Origin: a virus
Lineage: Duplodnaviria; Heunggongvirae; Uroviricota; Caudoviricetes
Strand: one strand, 5' to 3'
IMG/VR virus record: IMGVR_UViG_3300027759_003944
Length of the DNA: 64,000 bases
Part shown: positions 38,001 through 49,500 of the stretch, in pieces
How positions within the stretch are numbered: the first letter of the stretch is position 1
Layout: each line of letters starts with the position of its first letter
The notes under the pieces: generated by a model
What the model was told of the DNA's origin: nothing
Seen by the model: only the letters and a program-made list of their open reading frames with translations
Databases searched by the model: none
Made by a program: the position numbers and the translations under genes

Positions 38001-38771
38001 ATGGGACGTCCTCTAAAAATTCAACAATACTCTCTTGGCTCTGGTGATACTAGTACCAGCACTACAAATGGCTACGGTGTGCCAGTTGTAATAGACTCAG
38101 CATATCCAATTTTTGGTCAATTGACTGCTCCAGTAAAACCTGCCACATATACCAACGCTCAATACTTTGGCGTGGTTGGTGGTTCAAACACTGTGCCCGG
38201 ACAAGCAATGAGCCTGACAGGTGCTGACTACCCCACCGTGAAAATTCGTGTGTACATCACTGGTGGATCAGAAGATGATGGGTTCATCATCACACAAAAA
38301 GGTGCTTATGAATACAAAGTGGCAGCATTGACTTCTGTGGCATCGACTTCTATCACAGCAGGACTGGCATATCGTATTCTCACAGTTGGCACTACCAACT
38401 GGGCAGCAATTGGCGGCCCAACTAGTGGCGTTGCAATTGGTGATGTATTCTATGCTACTGGCACAGGATCTGGCACTGGTACAGCACAATTGGTAGGAAT
38501 TTGCCAACTGGCCAACTTGGCTGATGCGTCATTGACTGCTGGCACCATGACCATTACCATGGACATTGGCGACAGTGCAACCACTCGGGTAAGCAAACTC
38601 ACCAACAAGTATGCATTGGACTGGACCGGTGGTAGCACTTATGATGCTGCCGCAGTGGTGCAACGTATTCGCTACTTGGCCAACTTTTTTGATCAAGGCG
38701 AAACTGCTATCAAATCAGGAACTGCTCAAACCAACATTACTCTATCACAGATCAACCGTTACGACGCATAA
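38001..38771 (+). CDS. Hypothetical virion structural protein
   Basis: 256 aa, Thr/Gly/Ala-rich and beta-type, with a strong SD and a late promoter. Starts MGRPLK. Confidence 0.7.
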   Translation: MGRPLKIQQYSLGSGDTSTSTTNGYGVPVVIDSAYPIFGQLTAPVKPATYTNAQYFGVVGGSNTVPGQAMSLTGADYPTVKIRVYITGGSEDDGFIITQKGAYEYKVAALTSVASTSITAGLAYRILTVGTTNWAAIGGPTSGVAIGDVFYATGTGSGTGTAQLVGICQLANLADASLTAGTMTITMDIGDSATTRVSKLTNKYALDWTGGSTYDAAAVVQRIRYLANFFDQGETAIKSGTAQTNITLSQINRYDA

Positions 38772-38791
38772 TCAAAATAGTTGATTGATCG

Positions 38792-38823
38792 ATCCCTCCT
38801 GATACATACAGGGGGGATTTTTT
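38792..38823 (+). terminator. Intrinsic terminator
   Basis: ATCCCTCCTG-ATACATA-CAGGGGGGAT followed by T5. Confidence 0.75.
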
Positions 38824-39411
38824 ATGAGCGCAGCATTTGTATTGGGCAACGGTGTCAGCCGATTGTCAGTGGATTTAAATCAGTTAAAACAACGTGGCAA
38901 AATCTACGGATGCAATGCCTTGTACAGGGAATTCGCACCAGACGTGTTGATCAGTACAGACCGAGGCATTGCGCAAACTATTCAGAATGCTGGGTATGCG
39001 CAAGAACATACCATGTATACCCGAAAACCCTTGCCAGGACTGGGCGCACGAACCGTTCCACAAAGTTATTTTGGGTTCAGTTCAGGACCCATTGCTGTGG
39101 CCATTGCGGCACTAGACAAACACTTGGCAGTATACCTTATTGGGTTTGACATGGGACCAACTGCCAGCAACAAGTTCAACAATGTGTATGCTGACACAGA
39201 GTTCTACAAAAAAAGTTCAAGTTTGCCCACATTCACAGGCAATTGGATTAGACAAATTGTAAGCATTTGCAAAGATTTTCCAGATACCAGTTTCCATCGT
39301 GTAATGGGAGATACCACTGCCAGTGTACCAGAATTAAACAACATTGCCAATTTAAAAAACATGCCCATGTCAGACTTGCTTGACCGCATAAATAACACAA
39401 AGGACCTTTAA
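38824..39411 (+). CDS. Maf/MptE (DUF115)-like nucleotide-binding or glycosyltransferase-type protein
   Basis: AFVLGNGVSR...IYGCNALY...DVLISTD and SSGPIAVAIA...VYLIGFDM match this Rossmann-like family pattern. Confidence 0.55.
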   Translation: MSAAFVLGNGVSRLSVDLNQLKQRGKIYGCNALYREFAPDVLISTDRGIAQTIQNAGYAQEHTMYTRKPLPGLGARTVPQSYFGFSSGPIAVAIAALDKHLAVYLIGFDMGPTASNKFNNVYADTEFYKKSSSLPTFTGNWIRQIVSICKDFPDTSFHRVMGDTTASVPELNNIANLKNMPMSDLLDRINNTKDL

Positions 39412-40920
39412 ATGTCAACAGTCAAACGTGTCAGCGGTGATTACACACTAGAAACCATAAATGCAGGTGATTTAGTCACCCTACAAAGTACCAATGTAAA
39501 CATTGTGGGCAATCTCACTGTGACTGGCAATGCAGTGTTGACTGGTAATATCAATGCTGACAAGATTTTTAATGGTACCAGCAGTGTTGAAATTCCAACA
39601 ATTAATGGCAATATAACATTTAACCCTGGTGGTGTCAGCAACATCATGGTGGTATCTCCATTGGGCACAACCTTTAGTGGTGCTGTGGGATTCACTGGCA
39701 ACGTTGACGCAGGAAATATCAATACCACTGGAGGCGTGTATGCTACCAACGCCGCTGGCGCCGGCAACATATCCATTGTCAATGGCAACATGTTGATTGC
39801 TTACAGTTCCAATGCGACCAGCAACCAAAACATTAGATTCCAAGATTCAAACATTGCAGTCACATCAGTGGGATCAAATATTGGCGGCATAGAATGGTTT
39901 ACATCTGATGCCACAGGTGCTGGTGCTAGAATCACAGCAAGAATTCGTGCAGTGTATGAGGATACCAACGGCAACGCAAACATTCAAATTCAAACAGGCA
40001 GTACTTCGACCCCTACAACTAGAATCACAGTGATTGGAAGTTCAGGCAATGTGGGCATTGCTAATGCGGCACCATTGGATACCCTGGCAGTGACTGGTAC
40101 TGTTTATGTAAGTGGCAATGCAACGTCAGCTGCTAATATTTCGGGTGCTAACTTAATCACAGCCGGTCTTGCCACTGTAACTGGTAATATACAAGGTGGA
40201 AATTTACGTACAGTAGGATTGATCACAGCCACTGGCAATATCAATGGCGGCAATGTAATCAGTCTAGGTGCAGTTAGTGCAGGATCTGCTGGTATAACTG
40301 CAACTGGCAACATACGTGGTGGTAATATCAACAGTGACGATCAAGTTTCGGTGACCGGCAATGTGAATGCTGCCAACTTCAATGCAACTCAAAATTTCAG
40401 CACAACCGGCAACGTGCGTAGTGGTACTGTTACTGCTTCTGGCAATATTGTTGGAGCCAACCTCAATGTAACTGGCAACAGTTATGGCACAGGCATTGGT
40501 GTAGAAAACATAGTTTGGCAACCCACCACAGTGGCTTTTGCTAGTGCGTCAATGGCCAATGTTGGAAGTTTGGGATTTTTTATGCTGGGCGGTTATACCT
40601 ACAAGTTTGAAGCGTACATGCCCATACTGCCTGCTGGTGCCACCACAACTGGATTCAGCACTTATTTTGATGCAGGAACTTGTTATTACACAGTTGAAGC
40701 GCAGACCACACAAACCGCAGCGTTTAGCACATCAACATCCAACATATCAGGTACAGCAGCCGCCACCCAGGCAATGACCGGTACCACACCTAGAACAGCA
40801 AGAATCACAGGCACTATCTACAGTGCTGGCAATGCCAACATTGCTATTCAAGCACAAACCAGTGCTTCAAATATCAACATACAATCTGGCGCATTCTTGA
40901 CCTACACTAGATTATCCTAA
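39412..40920 (+). CDS. Fibre/spike-like virion protein with GN-repeat shaft
   Basis: 502 aa with repeated ATGNI.GGN units and a C-terminal beta-sandwich-like tip. TAAATA at 39389-39394. Confidence 0.7.
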   Translation: MSTVKRVSGDYTLETINAGDLVTLQSTNVNIVGNLTVTGNAVLTGNINADKIFNGTSSVEIPTINGNITFNPGGVSNIMVVSPLGTTFSGAVGFTGNVDAGNINTTGGVYATNAAGAGNISIVNGNMLIAYSSNATSNQNIRFQDSNIAVTSVGSNIGGIEWFTSDATGAGARITARIRAVYEDTNGNANIQIQTGSTSTPTTRITVIGSSGNVGIANAAPLDTLAVTGTVYVSGNATSAANISGANLITAGLATVTGNIQGGNLRTVGLITATGNINGGNVISLGAVSAGSAGITATGNIRGGNINSDDQVSVTGNVNAANFNATQNFSTTGNVRSGTVTASGNIVGANLNVTGNSYGTGIGVENIVWQPTTVAFASASMANVGSLGFFMLGGYTYKFEAYMPILPAGATTTGFSTYFDAGTCYYTVEAQTTQTAAFSTSTSNISGTAAATQAMTGTTPRTARITGTIYSAGNANIAIQAQTSASNINIQSGAFLTYTRLS

Positions 40921-40970
40921 AATAGCAAACAAGTCCTTTTGGTAAATACATCAGAGGACATTGTAGATCT

Positions 40971-43900
40971 ATGGCACAACAGATTATTGACACGGGTGCT
41001 GCCGCAAATGACGGCACTGGTGAACCGTTACGCGATGCATTCACCGCGGTAAACGAAAATTTTACTGAGATTTATACTGCTGGCCCTGTTGGCAGCAATG
41101 TCGTTATCTCCGGTAATACCATCACCGTTACTGGTACCAACAACAACTTGGTGCTCAAAGCCAATGGCATTGGTAATATTCAAGCCAATAGTTCAATTGT
41201 GCCCAGCATTGATGCTGTGTATGATATTGGTGCATCTACTCAGCGTATTGACACAGTTTATGCCGCATATTTTGTGGGCAACGGATCCGGCATCACAGGT
41301 ATCACCACTGCTGGTACCAGTATAAATTCAGGCACATCTAATGTAAAAATTGTCAGTGCGAACGGTAATGTAACAGTCAGTGTCGCCGGAACCAGCAATG
41401 TTGCTGTATTTGGCGCAACTTCTTCAAATATTCAAAGTAATTTAGCAGTTGGCAATCTTTCAACTGTGGGACAAGTTTCTGCAGCCAGTAATATCACTGG
41501 TGGCAATATTAGAACTGTTGGGTCAGTCACTGCCACAGGCAATATCACTGGCAATTATATTCTAGGCAACGGTGCATTGTTGTCGGGTATTATTACTTCT
41601 GTGTCTAACATCAACAATGGCAATAGCAATGTAAACATTCAAAACGCCGGTGCCAATATCACTGTCAGTGTAAACGGTGTATCAAACACTGTGGTGTTTG
41701 GTCCTACTGCCGCTGCATTCACAGGCAATATTGTTCCTGGTGCCAACAACATATACACTTTAGGCACTGCTACACAAAGATTTAAAAATATTTACTTGAG
41801 TGGCAACACAATCACTCTTGGTGATTCAACATTCACAGCCAATGCTGATTCTATTGTTTTGACTAATCCAGTTGGTGGAGCTTTCACCATACAAGGAACC
41901 AGTCAACTCAGCGGCTCTGCTATTGTGAATGGGCTTAGTAAGATGGCCATTCCTGTGGCTAATGGCAATGTTCAAGTCAGTGTAGGCACCACTGCCAATG
42001 CATTGGTGATCAGTGCCACCAACATGCAAAGCATTGGTAACATATTGGCCAACAATCAAATCAGTGCTGCTGGTAACATTGTGACCAGCGGTTTCTTTGT
42101 GGGTAACTTTGTGGGCAATGTCACTGGCAACCTTGTTGTGCCTGGCGTTAACACACAGATTCTTTACAACAACTTTGGCAATGCTGGAGCCAGTGCTGCC
42201 TTTAGATTTGACAGCACAAGCAATGTATTCACATTGACTGGTAATGCACAAGTTGGAAACATATCGTCCACAGGCAATGTGATTGGCGGTTATATATTAG
42301 GCAATGGTAGTCAACTCACAGGACTACCTGCTACTTACAGCAATGCCAACGTGGCAACATATTTGGCCAGTGCTACCAACACATCAAATATCATTACCAC
42401 AGGCAATATTGCTGGTGGTAATTTGGCATTGTCTGGAGCATTTGGTGCCAGTTCGCTGAGTTCAGCAGGCAACATCACCGGTGGCAATATAAGAACATTG
42501 GGTATTGTGAGTTCTGCAGGCAACATCACAACTGACGGGTATTTTGTGGGCGCATTTGCTGGCAACATTGTAGGCAATTTGACAGTACCAGGATCAAACA
42601 CACAGATCATTTACAACAACGCTGGCAATGCTGGAGCCAGTGCTGGATTGAGATTTGACACAGCAGGCCCTAACCTGCTCACAGTCAATGGCAATATACA
42701 GACCATTGGCCTGCTGGCATCTGGCAATGTGTCAGCAGCCGGCAATGTGTTGACTGGTAATGTTATAACTACTGGTGCTGTAATTGCAACTGGCAACGTA
42801 AACAGTTTGGCCAATGTCAATGGCGCCAATTTAGGCGCATCAGGATTGATTACAGCCGGTGGCAACATCACCGGTGGCAATTTGATCACTGCTGGCACAT
42901 TGTCTGTGGGCAGTACTGTTAGCGCAACAGGCAATATCACTGGCAGTAATATTATTACTACAGGGTCAGTAAGTGCTGGCGGCGATGTCAGTTTACTAGG
43001 CAATGTGGATGGCGGCAATATTCGCACTGTTGGGCAAGTCACTGCCACAGGTAATATCACCGGCGGCAACATTTTGTTTGGCATATTCAAATTACTCGGC
43101 AATGGTGATGCACAAGTTGGTAACTTAACTGTCAGCAATGGCCCGGGTGTTGGCAATCTTGTTGTTGGTAATATTATAAGTGCAACTGGCAACATACTGA
43201 CCGGCGGTAACGTCAGCGCAACTGCCAACGTTGTTGGCGGTAACTTGCTGGCTGGATCAGGCGTTATCACCACAACTGGCAACATCACAGGCGGCAATAT
43301 ATTGGCTGGTTCAGGTGTTATCAGCACTGGCGGCAACGTCAATGGCGCAATATTCAATGGCAATGTGGCCTTTGGCATTGGCACAGTGTCGGGTACTGGC
43401 AACATCACTGGCGGTAACGTAATTGTATCGGGCGTGTTGTTGTCCACTAACACAGTTTCGTCTGCTGGCAATGTGATTGGTGGCAACGTCAACACAGGTG
43501 GAAATGTTTCTACCTCAGGCAATGTCATAGCCCAAGATATTAGAGTTGGTCCGGGCATAACTGGCGGCACTATAAGTGCGCTAGGCAATATCACCAGTGC
43601 CAACTCATTGAATGCGGTTAGGTTGAGTTTGAGTGGCAATGTGATATCGCCACTCAATATCACTGGTAATGTCACTGGTGGCAATATTATTGCTGTGGCA
43701 GCAGTCAATGCTGTTTCAATTAGTGCAAGTGGCAACATCACTGGTGGTAACATACTTGGCGGAGCCAACGTTAATGCCACAACTCATACAGGCACTACGG
43801 TTTCGGTAACTGCTAATATCACTGGCGGCAACTTGAACGCTGCAGGATTGAGTTTGAGTGGCAATGTGGTATCACCACTCAATGCCACGGGCAATATCAC

Positions 43901-46217
43901 CGGCGGAAATATCATTAGCGTGGCAGCAATGTCAGCGGCCACAATGACCACAACTGGCAACGCCATAGTTGGCGGTGATTTAATTGTCAACGGCAATCTA
44001 ACATATCTCAACATATCATCATTTAATGTTGAAGATCCTATTATTGGATTAGGGCGTGGTCCCAACAATGCCCCATTGGCGTCCGACGACGGCAAAGACC
44101 GTGGTACTGATTTATTTTATTTCAATGTAACAGAAAAACAAGCGTTTGTTGGTTTTAATGACACTTCTAAAAAAATGTTTGCTGCAACTGATGTCAGCAT
44201 TGCCAACGAAATAGTCACAGTCAACAGTTATGGAAGTTTTGTAGTTGGACAGTTAGAAGGTGCCACAGTAAGCACCACAGGCAATATAACAGGCAGTTAC
44301 TTCATTGGCAACGGATCTACGTTAACTGGTGTAGTGGCCACAGCAATTGGTGTGTTGCCAAGTTTGAGTGTGACTGGCAATATCATCACAGGCAACTTGA
44401 ATTCGTTAGGACAAGTAAGTGCAGTGGCCAATGTTGTTGGCGGTAATATCAGTACCGCAGGATTGATCACAGCCACAGGTAATATCACAGGTGGCAACAT
44501 TGCCACAGGTGGACAGATCACCGCAACCGGCAATATCACAGGTGGTAACATCATGGGTGGTGCCAACGTCAATGCCACAACCCACACAGGTACCACAGTT
44601 TCAGTAACTGGTAATATAACTGGTGGTAACATCATGGGTGGTGCCAACGTCAATGCCACAACCCACACAGGTACCACAGTTTCAGTAACTGGTAATATCA
44701 CTGGTGGAAATTTAAATTCTGCTGGATTGAGTTTGAGTGGCAATGTTGTATCACCATTCAATGTCACTGGTAATATCACCGGCGGCAATGTTATAACTCC
44801 AGGACTAATTACTTCAACTGGTAATATCACCGGCGGCAATATTATTTCTATTGCGGTAGTCAGTACAGTATCTATTGTTGCTACAGCAAACGTCTCTGGA
44901 GGCAACATTACCACAGCAGGACAAGTAAGTGCCACTGGCAACATAACTGGTGGCAATGTCATTACAACAGGTTTGGCCACGGTAACAGGTAATGTCATTG
45001 GTGGCAATGTTACCACTGTAGGACAAGTAAGCGCGACGGCTAATATCACAGGTGGTAATTTGATCACTGCTGGTCTGGCCACAGTAACAGGTAATATCAC
45101 CGGTGGTAATTTGATCACAGCTGGTCTGGTAACAGCCACAGGTAACATTGTTTCGGGTGCGCTGATTTCAGCCGCAGGCAACATATCAGCCGCAGGAAAC
45201 GTTTTTGGTAATTACATTTTTGGAAATTTGGTTGGTAGTTTTTCATTGAGTACTGCCAACAGTCAAGTACTTTACGACAACAATGGGGCGGTGGCTGGTG
45301 ATTCTGGGTTGATATATGATTTTGCTGCTAACGCACTCACTATAGGCGGGGCAGTGACAACCACAAACGGCGGAAGTTTAACAGTGGCAGGGGCTGCCAC
45401 AATCACTGGTAACATTACAACTTCAATTGGCAACATTGGTGGCGGCAACATACTGGCTTCGACATTGTTGAGTTCAGCAGGTAATATAATTGGCGCAAAT
45501 GTCAACACAGCAGGATTGATCAGTGCCACTGGCAACGTCATTGGTGGTAATGTCAATGCTGGCGGGGCAGCCAGCATCACTGGCAATGTTATAGGTGGCA
45601 ATGTTTCAACAGCAGGATTGATCACAGCCACAGGTAATATCACAGGTGGCAACATTATAACAGCCGCATTGGTTCAAGGACTCACAGTAAGTGCCACAGC
45701 CAACGTAGTTGGTGGAAACGTTTCAACAGCAGGATTGATCACCGCCACAGGCAACATCACAGGCGGAAACTTAACCACTGGCGCACAAGTTATTTCTATA
45801 GGTAATATCACCGGCGGCAACATCAACACAGTAGGCGTGGTCTCTGCAACTGGAAATATTATTGGTGGAAACTTGAGTGGTACCAGTATTGTTGGTACTC
45901 TTACTACAGCCGCACAAAACAATATTACCTCAGTTGGTACACTCAGCAGTCTAGCCGTTACAGCCAACATCACCGGTGGTAACCTGCTGACAGGTGGTTT
46001 GATCAGTAGCACAGGCAATATCACTGGTGGCAACCTAAATGCTGTGGGATTGAGCCTGAGTGGCAACGTGATCAGTGCAATCAATCTTGTACAAAACATC
46101 ACAACAACAGCCAATGTCAACGCCAATAATATCAACGCTACGAGCACGATAAATATCAACAACGCTAGAGTAGCCACAATAGATGACGCGGCTGCACTGG
46201 CAATAGCATTAGGATAA
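40971..46217 (+). CDS. Long tail fibre-like protein, 1748 aa
   Basis: N-terminal IIDTGAAANDGTGEPLRDAFTAVNENFTEIY is the gp9/gp10-type attachment motif. Dozens of (I/V)TATGNITGGN repeats follow, ending in ALAIALG. TAAATA at 40943-40948. Confidence 0.8.
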   Translation: MAQQIIDTGAAANDGTGEPLRDAFTAVNENFTEIYTAGPVGSNVVISGNTITVTGTNNNLVLKANGIGNIQANSSIVPSIDAVYDIGASTQRIDTVYAAYFVGNGSGITGITTAGTSINSGTSNVKIVSANGNVTVSVAGTSNVAVFGATSSNIQSNLAVGNLSTVGQVSAASNITGGNIRTVGSVTATGNITGNYILGNGALLSGIITSVSNINNGNSNVNIQNAGANITVSVNGVSNTVVFGPTAAAFTGNIVPGANNIYTLGTATQRFKNIYLSGNTITLGDSTFTANADSIVLTNPVGGAFTIQGTSQLSGSAIVNGLSKMAIPVANGNVQVSVGTTANALVISATNMQSIGNILANNQISAAGNIVTSGFFVGNFVGNVTGNLVVPGVNTQILYNNFGNAGASAAFRFDSTSNVFTLTGNAQVGNISSTGNVIGGYILGNGSQLTGLPATYSNANVATYLASATNTSNIITTGNIAGGNLALSGAFGASSLSSAGNITGGNIRTLGIVSSAGNITTDGYFVGAFAGNIVGNLTVPGSNTQIIYNNAGNAGASAGLRFDTAGPNLLTVNGNIQTIGLLASGNVSAAGNVLTGNVITTGAVIATGNVNSLANVNGANLGASGLITAGGNITGGNLITAGTLSVGSTVSATGNITGSNIITTGSVSAGGDVSLLGNVDGGNIRTVGQVTATGNITGGNILFGIFKLLGNGDAQVGNLTVSNGPGVGNLVVGNIISATGNILTGGNVSATANVVGGNLLAGSGVITTTGNITGGNILAGSGVISTGGNVNGAIFNGNVAFGIGTVSGTGNITGGNVIVSGVLLSTNTVSSAGNVIGGNVNTGGNVSTSGNVIAQDIRVGPGITGGTISALGNITSANSLNAVRLSLSGNVISPLNITGNVTGGNIIAVAAVNAVSISASGNITGGNILGGANVNATTHTGTTVSVTANITGGNLNAAGLSLSGNVVSPLNATGNITGGNIISVAAMSAATMTTTGNAIVGGDLIVNGNLTYLNISSFNVEDPIIGLGRGPNNAPLASDDGKDRGTDLFYFNVTEKQAFVGFNDTSKKMFAATDVSIANEIVTVNSYGSFVVGQLEGATVSTTGNITGSYFIGNGSTLTGVVATAIGVLPSLSVTGNIITGNLNSLGQVSAVANVVGGNISTAGLITATGNITGGNIATGGQITATGNITGGNIMGGANVNATTHTGTTVSVTGNITGGNIMGGANVNATTHTGTTVSVTGNITGGNLNSAGLSLSGNVVSPFNVTGNITGGNVITPGLITSTGNITGGNIISIAVVSTVSIVATANVSGGNITTAGQVSATGNITGGNVITTGLATVTGNVIGGNVTTVGQVSATANITGGNLITAGLATVTGNITGGNLITAGLVTATGNIVSGALISAAGNISAAGNVFGNYIFGNLVGSFSLSTANSQVLYDNNGAVAGDSGLIYDFAANALTIGGAVTTTNGGSLTVAGAATITGNITTSIGNIGGGNILASTLLSSAGNIIGANVNTAGLISATGNVIGGNVNAGGAASITGNVIGGNVSTAGLITATGNITGGNIITAALVQGLTVSATANVVGGNVSTAGLITATGNITGGNLTTGAQVISIGNITGGNINTVGVVSATGNIIGGNLSGTSIVGTLTTAAQNNITSVGTLSSLAVTANITGGNLLTGGLISSTGNITGGNLNAVGLSLSGNVISAINLVQNITTTANVNANNINATSTININNARVATIDDAAALAIALG
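44541..44698 (+). repeat. Recent 81-nt tandem duplication within the fibre gene
   Basis: 77 identical nt at 44541-44617 and 44622-44698 (GGNIMGGANVNATTHTGTTVSVTGNI). A diverged copy lies near 43741-43825. Confidence 0.92.
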
Positions 46218-46220
46218 CAA

Positions 46221-46553
46221 ATGGCAAATACTTTCACACGAAAAACTTCACAAAATGTTGGCGCAAGCCCTGGCATAATTGGCAATTACACAGTTCCAGC
46301 GTCTACAACCACTATCGTGATTGGATTGACTTGTACCAATACCACAGGCAGTGCAATCACAGCCAATGTGTTTTTGGCCAATGCTACAGCCAACACTTAT
46401 ATTGTGGCCAACGCACCTATTAGCTCTGGGGCTTCGTTGATTCCCATTGGTGGAGATCAAAAGATTGTGATGATTACCGGGGACAAGATGTACGTGCAAA
46501 GCAGTGCTGCCACTAGCATTGATGCAATTTTGAGCATAATGGAAATCACCTAA
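46221..46553 (+). CDS. Small beta-rich virion protein (fibre partner)
   Basis: 110 aa, MANTFTRKTSQNVG...TTIVIGLTCTN...KIVMITGDKMYV...DAILSIMEIT, directly behind the fibre gene. Confidence 0.7.
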   Translation: MANTFTRKTSQNVGASPGIIGNYTVPASTTTIVIGLTCTNTTGSAITANVFLANATANTYIVANAPISSGASLIPIGGDQKIVMITGDKMYVQSSAATSIDAILSIMEIT

Positions 46554-49500
46554 TGAGTTACCTTGGTCTTCAACCCAACACACCGCTGCTGAATACTAGT
46601 ACTCAAACATTCAGCGGCAATGCGGTGGCCACACAATTCACCTTGGCTAGATCAGTAGCGACAGCGTCTGACCTGGACGTGATGATTGGCAGTACATTGC
46701 AAAGACCATTTACAGATTACATTGCTGGCAACGTGAGTTTACAATTTACTTCTGCACCCGGTGCCGGAGCAAACAACATCACTGTGACTTATCGTGGCGG
46801 TGCACTCAACAGTTTGAATTTGTCAGCATCAGTGTTTAATGCAGGCACCGTGGCTACCCCCAGTGTGGTGAGCCTGGCTGCAAACAACACTGGCCTGTAC
46901 TGGGCCAATGCGTCATCAATGAGTGTGACAGTGAGTGGTACCAATCGTGCCACGTTCATGGCCAATGCCATATCAATCAGCACAGACACAGGTGCGCTGA
47001 TTGTGGATGGTGGTGCAGGAATTGACGGCAATGTCAATATTGGCGGAAGAGTTGCCATTGTTGATACTACTGAAAGTACCAGTGTATCAACTGGCAGTTT
47101 TAAAACTGCTGGTGGGGTGGGTGTAACAGGCAATTTGAATGTAGGAGGCGATATCACCTGTGTTGGCGACTTCACAGTCAATGGTACATTTACTACCACA
47201 GGTACAGACAGCCTGGCTGTGACTGATCCGTTTATTTTCTTGGCCAACAACAATCCAGGCGACACCTATGATTCGGGTGTTATCACACAGTTTTATGATG
47301 GCGCCAACATTCGTTACAGTGGATATTTTCGTGACATAACAGATGCCAAATACAAATTGTTCACCAACTTGTTGACACAACCTACTACAACAGTTGACAC
47401 CACAGATCCCAGTTTCCGGTACACAGATTTGATCTTGGCCAATTTGAGTGCCACAGGCAATGTCACAGGTACATACTTTATTGGTAATGGTGCCGCACTC
47501 ACAGGTATTTCTAGCAGTACCAGTAATATTTTTAATGCCAACACCACAGTGGCCATTGCCGCAGTCAACGCCAATGTTAACATGGTGGTCAACAGTGCGC
47601 AAATTGCCAATGTATGGAGTGGTGGTATCAGTGTTGTTGGTGCCGTAGCAGCCAGCACCACAATCAGTGCTACTGGTAATGTGATTGCTGGCAATGTTTC
47701 AACAGCAGGAGTGATCACAGCAACAGGCAACATCACATCAGCAGCCAATGTATCGGCCGGCAATGTATTAACTGGTGGTGCAGTAAGTTCTGCGGGCAAT
47801 GTCACAGGCGGCAACATTATTGGAACTACTAATATTTCAACAACAGGCAGCGTGGTTGGCGGTAGTTTGCGTACTAATGGTATTGTATCAGCCGCTGGCG
47901 ACATTTATGGCAATAACATAAACGCCACCACAGATGTTAACGTCAGTGGCAAAGTTGTTGCTGTAGGTGACTTGTCAGGAGCCAATCTCACATTAAGTGG
48001 TTATATCTCAGCCACAGGCAACGTAACTGGCAGTTACTTCCTTGGCAACGGATCTGCATTAACTGGCATTGATGCCACAAGTATTCAATTTGGCACCAGT
48101 AATGTGCGAGTTGTGAGTTCAGGCGGCAACACTTCAATTGGCATCGGCGGAACAGCAAACATAGCAGTGTTTAGCACCTTGGGTGCAAACGTCACTGGTT
48201 GGATTGGCGCAACTGGCAACTTGGGTGCAGGCGGCAACGTTGCATTTACTGGTACCACACAAAACATCAATATTGGTACCAGTCAAACCACAGGCAATGT
48301 AACAATAGGTGGCGCAGTACAGACTGGATTTATTCAAATTGGGCAAAGCACAAACCCACAGACTATTGCTATTGGCAATGGGGTCACAGGCACAGGCAAC
48401 ACAAAAACCATTGGCGTTGGTGAAAATGGAGCAGCAGGCTCAACCACACTGATCAACGTTGGTCCAGTCACAGCCACCACGGCCGCTGGCTTGGCAACAT
48501 TCAACACAGCCACCAGAGTGGCCATTGCCAACACAGGTGCAAGTGCTCTCAGTGTAGCTGGTAATGTTACCGGTGCAAACATACTCACTGGTGGTAGTGC
48601 TACTGCTACAGGAAATATTGTTGGTGGTAACATTGCTACAGCAGGGTTGATCACTGCAACAGGTAACATCACAGGTGGAAACATCATCACAGGTGGTGCC
48701 GTGTCTATCACAGGTGCAAGTACTGCCGCCAGTTACAGTGCAACAGGCAACGTCACTGGTGGTAATGTATTAACTGGCGGCCTGATGTCAAGTACTGGCA
48801 ATGCCACACATGGCAACATTGACACAGCAGGATTGATTACTGCAACTGGTAATATTGTGGCCACTGCCAATGTGCGCGGCGGCAACATGATTGCAACAAC
48901 TTTGGTACAAGGCAGCATTATTAGTGCCACAGCCAATGTCATTGCCACAGCCAACGTGAGTGGTGCATACTTCTTGGGCACTGGTATCAGTCTGAGTGGC
49001 AACGTTATTTCAGGCATTAGTACCACTGCTAATATCACCGGTGGTAACTTGATCACAACTGGTATTGTGTCAGCCACAGGTAACATTACTGGTGGTAACT
49101 TGTCAGGCACTAGTATTGTTGGCACATTGACTACTGCCTCACAAACAAATATTACCAGTGTTGGCACACTAGGTAGTTTGGCAGTTACTGCTAATATCAC
49201 TGGTGGTAATATATTAACTGGTGGATTAATCAGTGCAACTGGTGCAATTACTGGTGCAGCTATCACAGGCACAAGTTTAACAGTATCTACAGGTACAGTT
49301 ACGCTAGGCAATGTTACCAATGCCAATGGCAATGGTGTGGGCAATATTGGATCATCTTCTGTTTATTTTAACACTGTGTTTGCCAAAGCAACATCGGCAC
49401 AATACGCTGACTTGGCAGAATGGTACACAGCAGATGCTGACTACCCTCCAGGTACAGTGTTGATATTTGGTGGTGACAAAGAAGTTACTCAAGCAATCGG

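Noticed and set aside
44541-49210. Diversity-generating retroelement or invertible fibre cassette
   Set aside because: No reverse transcriptase or recombinase is present in the window. The repeats are in-frame coding copies without adenine-specific differences, and no inverted crossover sites were seen.
41089-49344. Long antisense ORFs in the fibre genes (e.g. 42611..43780, 44297..45184, 48733..49344)
   Set aside because: These are shadows of the GGN-AAY-ATY repeat codons. They translate to monotonous LPPV(I/M)LP strings with no start signals.
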